Assembly (NCBI GenBank): GCA_963693365.1 | Contig: CAVNZM010000011.1 | Span: 2,588,989-2,652,988 of the forward strand | From: Amoebidium appalachense | Lineage: Eukaryota > Protista > Ichthyosporea | Length of the DNA: 64,000 bases | Direction of reading: 5' to 3' | In this document: one piece after another, positions 13,703 through 48,915 of the stretch | How positions within the stretch are numbered: position 1 is the stretch's first letter | How the letters are laid out: every line of letters starts with the position of its first letter | The notes under the pieces: generated by a model | Seen by the model: only the letters and a program-made list of their open reading frames with translations | Database searches by the model: none | What the model was told of the DNA's origin: nothing | Program-made: the position numbers and the translations under genes

Positions 13703-14231
13703 TGTGTGTGTGTGTGTGCGTGTGTGTGTGTGTGTACGTGCGCGCACGCGTGCGTGACTGTGTGCTTGTGCGTGCGTGTGCGTGCATGCGCATGCGTGCG
13801 TGCGTGCGTGCGCTTGCGTGCGTGCGTGTGTGTCTGTGTCTGTGTGCGTGGGAGGGGAGGGGGGGGAAGGGGGGGAGGGAGGAGAGGGGGGGGGAGGGGA
13901 AGGGGGAGAGGTAGGGGAGCGGGGGGAGGGGGGGGGGGGGGAGGTATCTCAACAGGAAGCTAGTTAAGGCCCCGTTGCTGAGGAAATATCGGGGGAGAGG
14001 GGGGGGGGGGGGGGGGGTAGGGAGGGGGAGTGAAAGCGAGTGATCCGTCAAAAATAGTCTCCCTCCCCCCCCCCTTCCCCCTCTCCCCTCGCCCCCCTCT
14101 CCCCCTTCCCCCCCCCCCCCCCCCCCCCCCTCCCCTCCCCCCGTCTTCCCTGTCCGATCCTTTTCCCCATCCCCCCAGCTTCAGAAGTCAGGTCTTTGTA
14201 ACAAGGCTTTAGTGTGTGCCCCTCCTTTCCT

Positions 14232-14262
<31 letters not shown>

Positions 14263-14728
14263 ACCACCACCACATACACATACACACCCACCCACCCACC
14301 ACCAGCACCACCAGAATTACACTTAAAACAGGCTGGTTGATGACGTCAACGGTCTCTCTCTCCCCCCCCCCCCCCCCCCCTCCTCCCCCCTTTCCCCTCC
14401 CCTCCCCTTCCCCTCGGGGGCCCTCCCCCGCCCCCAGCGCAAATCTAGTTGGCAAAATACATCTTCATGACAGGTGTCCTCAGCGAGTAACCCTATAACT
14501 CCTTATTTACAGCGCACGGTTCATTCATAGTTATTTTCACCTTTGCCAGGTTTCCGGTTGTAACAAAACAGTTCAGATGCGACAATTGCCCTTCTTTGCT
14601 TCTTTTGTGCTGCTTTTCTTTCCCTAACCCAGCTAATTAACACACCCAGCACCATTACCAGTTTTGGGTGCATTTTGAGCTGTATGACCCACTTGCTCTG
14701 AGGAGTCTTCATTGGGTCTTCCTTTTTT

Positions 14729-14791
<63 letters not shown>

Positions 14792-15359
14792 CACCACTAC
14801 CACCAACACCACCACCACCACCACCATCGGGGACAATCGCTTATGTCTCCCCTCTCCATCTCCAAACCTCAATTGCAATGAACAACTTCTGTCCGATGGG
14901 TAACCACTCCTCGTCTCACAGCCACCTGGACCCCCCCCCCCCCCCCCCCCCCCCCCCTCCCCCCCCCCCTCCCCCCACCCCGCCCCCGCCCCCACCCCCC
15001 TCGACTGCCCCTTCCCTGCGAGATAATAAATCTCCTGCCGCGACACGCTCTTCTGCAGTTCGCTGACCTACAGGCTGCGCCTTTCCCCTCCCTCCCCCTC
15101 CCCTCCCCCCCCCCCCCCCCCCCCCCCCACCCCCTCCCCCAAACCCACCATCCCCCCCCTCCCCCCCCCCCCCCCCCCCCCCCTCCACACACACACACAC
15201 CCATTGGTCCACCCACCCACCCACCCACCCCAGCGGCTGGCTGCATTCAGCCCCCGCCCCCTCCCCCCCCCCCCCCCCCCCCCCCCCCGCCGCCTTTCTC
15301 CACTCTCGGTTAAAATCTTAGCTGGTGACTGTCCCCAACAGTTCTAGGTTGCAACTATG

Positions 15360-15398
<39 letters not shown>

Positions 15399-15956
15399 CT
15401 CCTTCCCACCCTCCCCCTCCCCCTCCCCCCCCCCCTCTCCTCAGCCGATGCATTTCTCCTGACCTTCAAGTTTGTCCAGCTATCCTGGCCCCAACCCCGT
15501 TTCCCTCCCACCCTCCCTTTCTATTCCCTCCCCCATCACCCCTAATGCACATTGTTTCTTATTCTTGCACGACCGCACTCGAAGAGGCTCCCCTGTCATC
15601 GGATACGCACAAACGTCATAGGTGAATCCCATTGGCCAAGACACAGCAAACGGATGTAATCAAGCCGATTGGCAAAATGCTTCTTGTCGAACAGCCACTG
15701 AGGCTGATGATCTAGGCCCAATCATAACATATTTTCAAAACCTCATGTCCCTTACCGTTCTTATAGCAAACCAAACTTTTCCACGGATATATATCCCGCT
15801 CACACACCCCACCCCAACTTTCCCTCCTCCTCCTCATTGTGTCTGTCGCTACTTCAAACTTTATTTCATTTCAACCCCCCCCACCCACCCATCCACCCAC
15901 CCAACCACCCACCACCACCACCACCACCACCACCACCACCACCCACCCACCCATCC

Positions 15957-15990
<34 letters not shown>

Positions 15991-16070
15991 CCTCCCTCTT
16001 CCCCCACCGTCCCTGCATCCCCTATCCCCAACCCACCCTCTCACCCCCCCCCCCCCCCCCCCCCCCCCCG

Positions 16071-16110
<40 letters not shown>

Positions 16111-16456
16111 ACAAACCCCACCCCATCCCCTCCCACCAACACCACTCTTCTCTTGCTTTTTTGAGCCTTCGAATTTTCCAGCAATTCTCCGTCCGGTTGC
16201 CCGGTATTCCCATTCCTGTTTTTTACCAAACGACTGGGTCAGTGGGTGGCAGTGCAGCTATGCTTTGATTGGTTTATCCATCTATTCCGGGCATGCCACT
16301 TGGTTCGTTTCCAGCCAATCCCACACACTTCACTTTGTCTCCTGAGCATGCAACTATGATGGCTGTGCCAGCCCAGTTTCTGATTGGCTGGTCAAAGGTC
16401 CCTCCCATATATTTGAACGGATAACGACATTCCCCCCTCCCCCCTCCCACCCACCT

Positions 16457-16492
<36 letters not shown>

Positions 16493-16735
16493 CACACACA
16501 CACACACACAATCCCACCCAACCCCTCCCTGTTCCTTAGGGTCACCTGAGTATCACCTTCACCTCTTTTGTTCTCCGGCTCCACTCCTCCCCTCGTCCCT
16601 CCCCCCCCGTGTAATTTAAATCTAACTCTCGTTGACATTTCACTCCGGCCCTGTAACCACACCACCTCCCCGATAGCCTCCATCCGTCTCTAAGCATCTC
16701 AACTCAGGCTACACTTGTTGTAGTCTCCAGCCCCA

Positions 16736-16766
<31 letters not shown>

Positions 16767-17219
16767 CCCCCTTATCGGCCCCCCTCCCTGACTCCCCCCC
16801 CCCCCCCCCACTTAGATCAGTACGACAGACCCTCACTCGCACCTGATTGGACAATACGTGAACTGATAACGTAAAATCAGGGGGGAACAGTTTGATCCCC
16901 AAGCGACATAGAGGGGCCGTTAGGACCCCGGTAGCGGGGGGTTGTGGGAGCGGCAGCCCGCTCGTTTAGGGCCCAGACACACCTAAGGTTATAATTGTTG
17001 GGTTTATGTTTTTATTTTGGTGTATATCAAATGCTGTATTTTTTCGCGGTCTTCCTATACATACATATATGCAATCTTCCTATACCTAGGGGCTTCCGTC
17101 GTACAGACTTCTCCCCCCCCCTCTCTTCCGTCGTACAGACTTCTCCCCCCCCCTCTACCCCTTCCCCTCCCTGACTTTCCCCTCCCCCTTCCCCCTCCAA
17201 CACACCCCCAACCCCAGGC

Positions 17220-17255
<36 letters not shown>

Positions 17256-17329
17256 ACCCCTCATCCCACCATTTACCTCCTGGAAATGTTGGACTACGGA
17301 CACAGTGATTGAACAAAAAGGCATATCCA

Positions 17330-17690
17330 GCAAATGCACACAGTGAATACACGAAAACACATTTTCCATGTGTTCTACGCACAGAGCGAATACACAAAAA
17401 TAAAAATCTATTCACACACACTAGCACATGAAGCAAACGCACAAAGATGCGCATCCACACACACACTAACGCACACAGCGAATACACAAGAACAGCCTCG
17501 GATACGCATGCAATGCACTCAGTAAATGCACAAAACATGCATACCCCACGCGAGTAAATGCACACAGTGAAGACAAAAAACGCTCATACCCGCGCGCCGA
17601 AATGCACACGGTAAATGAACAAAAAAAAGAACATACCCATGCCAAAAAACGAAGTTGTTAAGACACAAAGCGCACATACCTGCCCGCACA
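17330..17690. repeat. Degenerate minisatellite (AAATGCACACAGTGAATACAC-like units)
   Basis: Recurrent AAATGCACAC(A/G)GT(G/A)AA and CATACC motifs at about 17332, 17385, 17473, 17524, 17556 and 17599. Confidence 0.55.
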
Positions 17691-17900
17691 AACTTTGAAT
17701 GGACAGAGCCATTAAAACAAAAAACAAAAAAAATGTCCACGGGGAAAAAAAAAATACGAGAAAAACAAGTTATTATTATGATAGAACCCGTTTGCCATTA
17801 AAAATACGCACAGTACGACTCGAAAATACACACTCCGCGCAAAGAAACGTGGTGTTATTGGTGGGGGGAGGAGGAGGGGGGGGGGAGGGGGGGGGAAGGG

Positions 17901-17941
<41 letters not shown>

Positions 17942-18232
17942 TCCCGCGGTTTGAGGAAGGGTTGGAGGGTTTTGGGAAGAGAAGGGGGGGGTGGGGGGTG
18001 GGGTGGGGGTAGGGGGGGGTGGGGTGGGGGATGGGGGATGGGGGAGGGCAAAAAGTGAGCACCAGCCGGAAAGGGGTTGGGGGGAGGGGGGAGGGTGCAC
18101 CATGGCGGTGGATTGGCGGCCTTAAGAAGGAATAACTCCTAAAATCATTGGTTCAAGAAAGACATCCGATTGTTGGTGTCATGTTCATCCACCGGAGAAC
18201 ATTCCTCTGTCGATTTCCTCAAAAAAAAAAAG

Positions 18233-18410
18233 TAATATGCCTGATTTACAGCGCAAAAAGATTCCTAATGAGATAGCTATGTCTAATGTGCCTATTTTAC
18301 AGCACAAAAAGCCTTAATAAACTATTTCTAATATGCCTGATTTACAGCACAAAAAAATTCCTAATAATAGTAAGCTATCTATAAGCTATCTAATATGTAT
18401 TCCTGAAGAG
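18233..18410. repeat. Tandem repeat of about 50 bp, 3-4 units
   Basis: TAATATGCCTGATTTACAGC(G/A)CAAAAA at 18233, about 18283 and about 18329, with a degenerate unit at about 18391. Confidence 0.75.
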
Positions 18411-19231
18411 CATACACACAATGTCTATAATAGTTCACGTTGGAGTCATATTTACCCCCCCCCCCCCCCCCCCCAGTGTGTGTGTGTGTGTGCGTGTGTG
18501 TCTGTGTGTGCGCGCGCTTGTGTGTGTGCGCTTGTGTGTTACACTTTGTGTGTGTGTTTGGGTTGGTAGTGGTGGTGGTTGGGGAGGAGGAGGAGGTTCA
18601 GCCCTCAATCGAATCCCTTGTGCACGTGTCAGAGCGGTCGAGCCTCTGAGTTGAGGCTGCCATGGGGGGGACAAGCCCATGCAGATGTCACAGTGTTGAG
18701 GCGCTGACTGACCGAAGTTCCTCGCATAAAAATTATTTTATTGCCCAAATATTGTTGGATAATTAAAAATCTGGCGTGCTTTGCCAGACAGGTAACCCCT
18801 TTATTTGGCTAATATATCGCACGCTGTTAGTGCCGACTCCGTTACCATGGACAAACGATCGGTGGACTAGAACCGACATTATTCATTTTGACATTAACGG
18901 GGTGCCAACATCCCTTTCTTTAATAATATAACCAATATCATATGATTCTCTCCAGCAACTAAGATGCAGGGAAAACGCTGAAGATTTCCATAGCATAAAA
19001 ATTTGCCTATCCCTTCAGGCCTAGGTATATTGTCAATTAGCACATCACGGCTTCCACCGATTTTAAAAACTGTCTGTGTCCACCGACCTTTTGTTTAGCC
19101 CACAAGCAATCTAGTGCAAAAGTTGTTTGGATAAAAGAATTCTGTGCGGCAACCCGGGTCAGAAAAAGGGAGTGTGTCAGATGCACCATGCTTTCTTTAA
19201 CGGGTGCCGGTCACTGGTTGGTGTGTTCTCT

Positions 19232-31460
<12,229 letters not shown>

Positions 31461-32335
31461 TTTTCCTGCGTGAAATTTCATTCAGTAAACAGTATCTATA
31501 CACCTCGGCCCCTCTATGCCAACCGACTCTTATCAGGTGTCTGAGGTTATGCATGGGCACCAAAGACGCCAAGAAAGGGATATAAACACACTAAATAGAA
31601 GTGGGCCACTCACACAAGCGCAAACACAAACACATGCAAACAATCACATGCACATGTTTGGGCCCATATCCATTTACACCGCAGAGTAGATGAAATTCAA
31701 TGGTTCGGGACCCCATGGCATTCAAGCTATGTGGCTGCAGTTGTTCACAGAGTTGCTAAGAGGAAGCCACAAGTCCCTTCGTTACTTTGAAAAAAATATA
31801 TTTTGCATGAAAAATAAATGATAACTTCTATTGTGATGTATAGATACATATAATATACATGTATATTTGGCAGCCGAGCGTCCTTAGCTACGGTACCAAG
31901 CTGGAAAGCACAAGGCCGCTTCCCATCCCCGGCATTGGTACATTTGACGGGGGTAAGATTGAAGGTGGTCGGGGGCACAAGGGGGACGCGGGATAGTAGG
32001 GAGGAGGGGGGGAGGGGAGGCAAAATTGCTCGTTCTTGCATAACGTTTGTGTATGTGTGCAAGCAGTAGAGTTGTTCTAACCAAGGGAGTTTGCCAGCAG
32101 CGATTTGGTACGGTACTCGTGCAAAGGAAGACAGCAGGATGTAAGCAAGCAGAAAAAAGTATTGTGTCACTTCATCTCAACACTTGCTTTCAGGCTTCAC
32201 AAAGCGATGCTGTTTTGTCACAGCGAGTTTGGTCGATTAATGTCGTTACCGACTGGGTGCTAGGGGAACACGATGGGAGTAGCTCAAGGATCGTGTTCGA
32301 GGGTGTGGTGTGAATCGTGTGATAGCACATGGGAA

Positions 32336-32378
<43 letters not shown>

Positions 32379-33070
32379 AGAAGAGGAAGAAAGGGGAAAA
32401 GAGAGTGTATATCGAGCTAGCGAGGGTTCCTGTCTCGCCTTTGCCTTGTTTCCCTTTCCTACACACAATAAACACACCTGGTGCAAGTAAACGAGAAGAG
32501 CAGGTGCTACGAACTTTGTTTTTGTTTGCAGATGAACCGCACCAATCGTCGTGTTTGTTTACTCCGACCCACGTACCATAGAGTCTCAGAGATTGGCCTG
32601 GATTTCACCAAATATGGACGTTATTGATGGCGATATTTCCTTTTATGGCAGCTATTTTCTCTTTGGTCCCCCCAGGGTTGAAACATTTGTACCTTACCTA
32701 TAAAACTAAATATACGGGCTACATACGCGTTAAGAATATAAGTGTCCTTTTAAGTGTAGCACTGATAGGATGTGATTTACAAATTATGTATTTACGAAAG
32801 GAGCAATCTTCGCTGTTCGTTTGTCAACAGCATACAAAAAACATACGGACGGTAGCTCGCATACGTCATAGGGTTGACAAGATCCAATCATTCGCGCTGA
32901 AAGTTTTGGCGCCAAAATCCAGATCTTCGTGACAACGGCCACACGGGCCACGGCTATATTAGCGCTACTGTTCTGTTCGAAGTCCCACACACCACTGTTT
33001 GAAAGCGCTCAAAAAAAATAAAATAAGAAGTAACTAAACATAAGCAGGGAGAGTGTTAAGGGGCCTGAAA

Positions 33071-36447
<3,377 letters not shown>

Positions 36448-36591
36448 TTGCCTGAAAGATCTGTTGATTTTTTTGTTCTATTCTTTCCCAAACCGTTGGC
36501 TTGATTTTGCTCCTCATCACAAAGACATCTAGAAAGCTGAGGTGGAGTTGGCTGGCGGCTGCAGCTGATGTGCACAGTGGCAGTGTTCTTT

Positions 36592-36655
<64 letters not shown>

Positions 36656-37461
36656 GGGGGGGGGACGGTTATGATAAGGTCCGAGCATAATGGATATGCC
36701 GATAGTGCGACAAATCCACCATATGCCATGCCGGTAAGGTGATGTTTGCATTATTGCTTTTAATTATTAAGACTAGAACTACATAGTAGCTAAGTATTTA
36801 CGTTTGTAATGCGGGTACCAGTTCTCTTGCGTGTGGTCTCCAGATCCACTTGAATAATGGATATGTTTTCTGCATGCATATCAGCATGCACACGGTACCG
36901 GGGGAGGGAGGGACGGAGGGGGTTTTTTTTTTTTCTTTTTTGAGGGGGGGGGGGGGGGGAGGGGGGGGGCGGGAGGGGTAAGAAAGATGGTATCCAGGGG
37001 TATCCATGGGTATGATATGCATGTAAGGGGTTGTGTGTATGACACCTGACCAATCAGCCAAGGCCGGAGGGAGCGGCTTATAATCTAATAAAGTTGCGCT
37101 GTTTTGTATTTACCTTCGTGAATTCATTTAGGCTATGTATATAGCACGGCCCTCTGAACAAGGCCGTGGTATATAGCCTCACATGCTGCATGAAATGGAA
37201 CGCACCCTTCGTCACATACAAGTTGGAACACACCGCTCCACACAGCAAAAAAATCCAAGCCCTCGGACGCCGGACGGCCAGAAAGAGTGCCACAGTGAAA
37301 AGCCAAGTTGGTATGAGTGGCAGTGTTGTGCGTTTTGAATTCAATCCTCTTGTGGAGCCTCATAGTATCTGAAGCGGCTGGCCGTTTGAAAGAACGTACT
37401 CCTGAAGGTTCACTCACTCGCAGTCAGTGCACTGCGATAGTTTCCGTTTACTTTTTGGAAC

Positions 37462-44043
<6,582 letters not shown>

Positions 44044-44517
44044 ATTTGATTTTACGGAAGAATGACCGTGCTCATATAAAAAGTACATGTGTCTTGAAAA
44101 CATACTGTATGCATGCCTGGGTTTTTTTGGTTTTATTGTCTTATTGGTGAAGTATTGGAGCTAGGGGCAACTCAAAGGGAATGTATCATTACTGCAGAAT
44201 TGAAAACATGTACATGCATGCAAGAGCAATGGTTGCCCTGTACATGTCTGCCTGTATACGTAAGATATCTGTAAATATGTAGTCAGCACCTGGTGTGCAT
44301 CGAGATTAAATGCAAGGCGCAGGCCTAGGTTCACATGTCTGCGACGAGCTCTGCAACCGTTGGTGTTTAAATTTTTGGTTTTCTTAGTGACATACTACGC
44401 TAAGGCTGAACCCATAAGTGAATTCACTCTCACTCTTCTTTGTGCCGCGGTGTGTGCGAGTGTGAATTCGAATGCGTGTGTGCGGGAAGGGGGAATGAAG
44501 GGGAGGGGGGGGGGGGG

Positions 44518-44551
<34 letters not shown>

Positions 44552-44980
44552 GGCACCGTGCACGTGGTACCCGGTGCCGGAAACAGTGTATGGTTATACA
44601 AAATAATAGTTGACGTCGACGAAGTTGGTATTTCTCCAAAAGTTCGTATATGGCATCTGGCAGTGAATAAAATTGGATACCATCTCGCATTATGAGCAAT
44701 ATCGATTATACTGAATACAATGACGTAATTTTATTAATGGTGCACGTCATCTAATAATGTTTATGCTGATTCGGACCTTGAGTTATTGCATGGGTGAGTC
44801 CTGTCACCCGTCTCGGGCATATTCCATGTACATTTTGATAATGGCAAAATAAACAAGAGTGCTTTCATTCTCAAACACGGTCTACTGTAGTCGCAAACCA
44901 AAATCACAGAATTGGCGTGTATCCTGATGATGGCATGTACTGATCAGAGGATCACATGTCCAGGTATGATATATCTGTGA

Positions 44981-45020
<40 letters not shown>

Positions 45021-45099
45021 GCATGCGCGCACGCACGCACGCACACCTGTGTGTGTACACACACACACACACACTCGCATGCGCGCACGCACGCACGCA

Positions 45100-45139
<40 letters not shown>

Positions 45140-45495
45140 CGTGTGCGTGCGTGCGCGCGTGTTGCTGTTGCACAAGAGTTTCCAGCCCCCCCCAGTTTGT
45201 GGCTATCCCGGATCTTCGTCTCTCTTTAAAGCTTGCTTTATAGACCCCCCCCCCCCCCCCCCCCGGGGGGGGGGGGGGGGGGGGCATTTTCACCAAGAAG
45301 CATTAGAAATAAAAAACTCAGCGATTCGAATCAACCTCTGAACTACCTAGGGCTAGCACCGACCTTGCACTAAAAGCCGCCCTTCAAATCCTAATCCTAA
45401 TATATGCTTACATCCAGAATATAAAAATGGTCGCAAAATTACCCAAGAAAATCCAAATAGGCAAAAAGCATACACGCGGCATCCACACCTTAAGA

Positions 45496-46851
45496 TCAGA
45501 ACCAATTAAGGCTGTGGGTGCTTCCATTCATAGATGGGCTGCCGGGACATGTCAGGCTACTCACACTCCCCACACTCCCCAGATCAAACTTCTCCTTGCC
45601 TCCGCCTCTCGCGCTAACCAGAGATTCCAGATACACCCTAAACTCCCCCAGGAGCTCGGGGTCCATCACCGTAACATGCAGAGTGTTTGCGTCTCCAGTC
45701 ACCGGGTTGATCATTTGCAAAAGCTTGGGTACCTTTTTAGGGTTTAGGAGGATCACGTTCGTGCTGTTCACCTCCACAACAGCATTCCCGGTTTGCATAC
45801 CCGCCCTTGCCGCCGGACTATTTTTGGAGACGTCGGTTATTGTGTATTTGGAGTTGAAGGTAAAGCCCCACTTCTCCCGCCCGTTCTTGCGCGTGAGCTC
45901 GTACGTGCGGGTTAAGGGGGAGTCGCAGGTGTTTAAGGCGACAACCACACACATGCGCAGCATTTCTCTGACTGCGTCCGCTTCCATGTTCGATAGGTCC
46001 TGTTCGTTTGCTGCAAGGAGCTGGTCTCCAAACTGTGAGGAAAGGAATAACGTGTAAGAGCCTCGCTACGAAAAAACAATATATGTGGAGAGAGTTTGGG
46101 CCCCTTGTTCTGTCATAGTATCCTGGTGTATCAGAGGGATGGATTTTTTTTCTGGCTTTTCTGGCCGGGAACATGGCTGCAGAAGCAGTCGAAGGATGGG
46201 TGCACGTGGCGAAGGTGCATGCATCATATTTGGGAACACGCGTGTGCCTACGCACATACATACTCCCTACACACACATGCAAACAGAAGCCGATTCACTC
46301 GCCCCGGATGGGTAGGAACTAAACACGGAACCCTCACGTACGAACACACAAACAGACAAACACACGAGAAATCATCTACATAACCATAAAAGGTACAAGG
46401 AACGGGCCATTGGGGACACTGGTTAATATGCATGCAGATGACCCATAACATCAATAGAGCACGTTTGAAAAAACCTACAAATCTGCCACAACCGATGAGC
46501 AGGTGAATATCTACTGCATTTTCTTCCCTTCCACAACTCCCTGCGCATTTTGTGCCTGTCTTGCTTCCAACCTTTTTTCCACTCTCATACACCCGGTGTC
46601 ACGCACTTTCCACTTGGCACAACACTAGAATTGCATTTACACTCTAGCCACTTTAGGTTGCTAACTCCTGGTCACCCCTCCTGCAACTTCCTTCTCTCCT
46701 TACACACCTTTTTGCGCCTCTGCTTTTGCCGTCCCCCCCCCCACCCCTTCCCCCCTCTTCTCTCCCCTTCCTTTTGCCACTATTCCTGCCCTTAAAACCT
46801 CAAACATGCTGGGCCATGAAAAACAAGAACGAATCGAGCGAAAGCTAAAAA

Positions 46852-46895
<44 letters not shown>

Positions 46896-47172
46896 AGCCA
46901 CCCACCTGCAAGCCAGCCTTGAAAGCGGGTGAGTTTCTGTGCACGCAGCAAACAAACATGCCGCCATTGAGTGACATCAGTTCCGCCCCAAAGTCCTCGT
47001 ACGGCTCCTTCTCTATCATCAACTCGCGCTTCAAGGGCCTATGGTCCTCATCGTAAAGGTGATAGAACACAAGAGAGTCTGTCGAGTCTTTGAACTTGCC
47101 AAAGGAAGAGAGCACTTGGATCGTTTCACATGTGTTGCGCCTACGGACGATGGAAAGAAACAAGTCGGACAT
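45496..47172 (-). CDS. SDCBP: Syntenin-like tandem PDZ protein, 267 aa, 2 exons
   Basis: Exons 46906-47172 and 45496-46032. GMFVCCVHRNSPAFKAGLQ|FGDQLL...DSPLTRTYELTR...WGFTF...ITDVSKNSPAARAGM...VVEVNSTNVI matches the syntenin PDZ1-PDZ2 layout; orthology is not established. Confidence 0.75.
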
Positions 47173-48540
47173 TTTCCTTAAAGGCAACAACCACTGAAGG
47201 TGGTTTCGCTGCTGTGTGTGGTGGTATGTACAGAAGGAAACAAAACTGTGTAAGTTAAGAAGCTGCCACTTGGACCAGGTTTTTGCTCTGCAATTTGCGG
47301 TAGCTCGTACTCGCTTCCGAGAATCTAAAATTGGCGGGAAAAAGTGCACAAAAAGCGCGCACGAGACACCACTTTGCTGGGGTTTTATATCCGGAGCAGT
47401 GCCAGAAGCTACTCGAGTGGTGGTGGTGTGGATTGAGAATGAAAAGTTTAAGGCAGCAGTGTGCGTGCACCCAACATGAACACAAAAAACTATATCCTAA
47501 AAAAACACACTGTGTTGTTGTGCATGCGTGTGTAGTAAAAGAGCTCCTGAAACCTAATGACTTATGGACTCTCGTGTTTACCAATGGGAAAGCTAGTGCA
47601 AGAGAACAAACGTTAATTCTGGTCTAGCTTGTGTTCGAGTTCACGGATTCCGGAAAGCCGGAAAAGACTATTCACCGGTTGCGCGCACGTATTAACCTTC
47701 TCTATAACATGAAAAACTTAATAGGTCAAACGTGCCAACTCGCAGAAACGTGAGTATGTTGGACTCTTTGTTTTCTAGTGTCTGTAATAGGCGTTTTGTT
47801 TTTCTTTCCTAGTCCCACAACCTATTGTAGGACCTGCTTGTAAGTCATAGATGGCTCGGTGAGGTTCAACCGAGCTGTTTGCTTTGTGGAATGTTTCAGC
47901 GTATCATGGCATGTGCCCGTTCGTTCAGGGTAGGAAACATCAGCTTCGAAGGCTTGCTGGCAAACTTGAATAATACCGGGAATCGGGCGTAGAACTGAGA
48001 GATTGCCTTGGAGAACAGGGAATTTGCTGCCGTGTTTTCGGGACTTACAAAGTTTGTTTTTGCTTCCTGGGGGTCATTCCATCTTGCTGATCCCCGTAGA
48101 GTACGTTATACGGGCCACAGGCAGGGTAGGGATTGAAAAAAAATCGTCGTAATTACGATTAACGAGAGACCCCGATACGAATAAGGTCAGGGTACCGACG
48201 TAACAGCTTTCGTATCAGGTGTGTAGCATTATAAACGCTTGAATATATAATTTTCCCTATTTTTCAATATTTCTGTTCAAGAACAGCACATTCCCCCCCA
48301 AGAACATATCTACAGCGCTTCTCATGTGCAATATCGAGCCCCGATAAGTTTCCAGAGCTTGTAATCTTGCGGTTCTCAATTTGTAAAAATACGTATTTTG
48401 AGTTTTGTGACTGGAGGGGCGTTTTAGGCGGGGCTTGCAGCTCCCCAAGAACCCACCCCGTTCAACATCGGATTAAGAAATTGTCCGTTACGATTGGCCA
48501 AAGGGCGATACGGTTAAGATGGCGAACCCAAGCCCAATCA

Positions 48541-48685
48541 GGAGTCATGGGGCGAGTGGCCGAGCGAGACCGAAGTTATTTCGGCGAGCCGTCGGTTATT
48601 TTGGCGAGCCGATAGGCGAGCCAAAATAATCGACAAGGCGAGCCGAAATAACGAGGTCGAGCGAGGACACGAGCCGACATGATCC
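48541..48685 (+). repeat. 145-nt imperfect inverted repeat with tandem GA/GA mismatches
   Basis: GTTATTTCGGCGAGCC GTCGGTTATTTTGGCGAGCC [GATA] GGCGAGCCAAAATAATCGAC aa GGCGAGCCGAAATAAC, extending outward to GGAgTCATG/CATGATCC. Confidence 0.9.
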
Positions 48686-48807
48686 GGTTACGATATGACC
48701 CATAAAAAATTCACTTTATTGATACATTATGCAAACTTTAACTCGGTTATTTGATTCATATATCATTACATTCACATTTCAGGCTTACATTTTCCTAGTG
48801 ATCGCTT

Positions 48808-48915
48808 TGATTGGCTAGCTGCGCACTCACCCATTAACCCGGTTATTCGATTCCTCTAACCCAATAGAAATGTCCATAGCCTGGTTATTTCGGTGAGTGC
48901 GCTCTAGGCCAATCA
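48808..48915. repeat. Second inverted repeat bounded by inverted CCAAT motifs
   Basis: TGATTGG CTAG ct GCGCACTCACC ... GGTGAGTGCGC t CTAG g CCAATCA, with inner TAACC/GGTTA pairing. Confidence 0.8.

Noticed and set aside
10370-14495. TAGGGTTGC ... GTAACCCTA as hAT-like TIRs around the peptide-gene island
   Set aside because: Only a 9-bp imperfect match with no 8-bp target duplication; chance is plausible.
18233-18410. Regularly spaced repeats resembling a CRISPR array (also 28311-28530)
   Set aside because: The units are degenerate tandem copies with related spacers, in a eukaryotic context with no cas genes.
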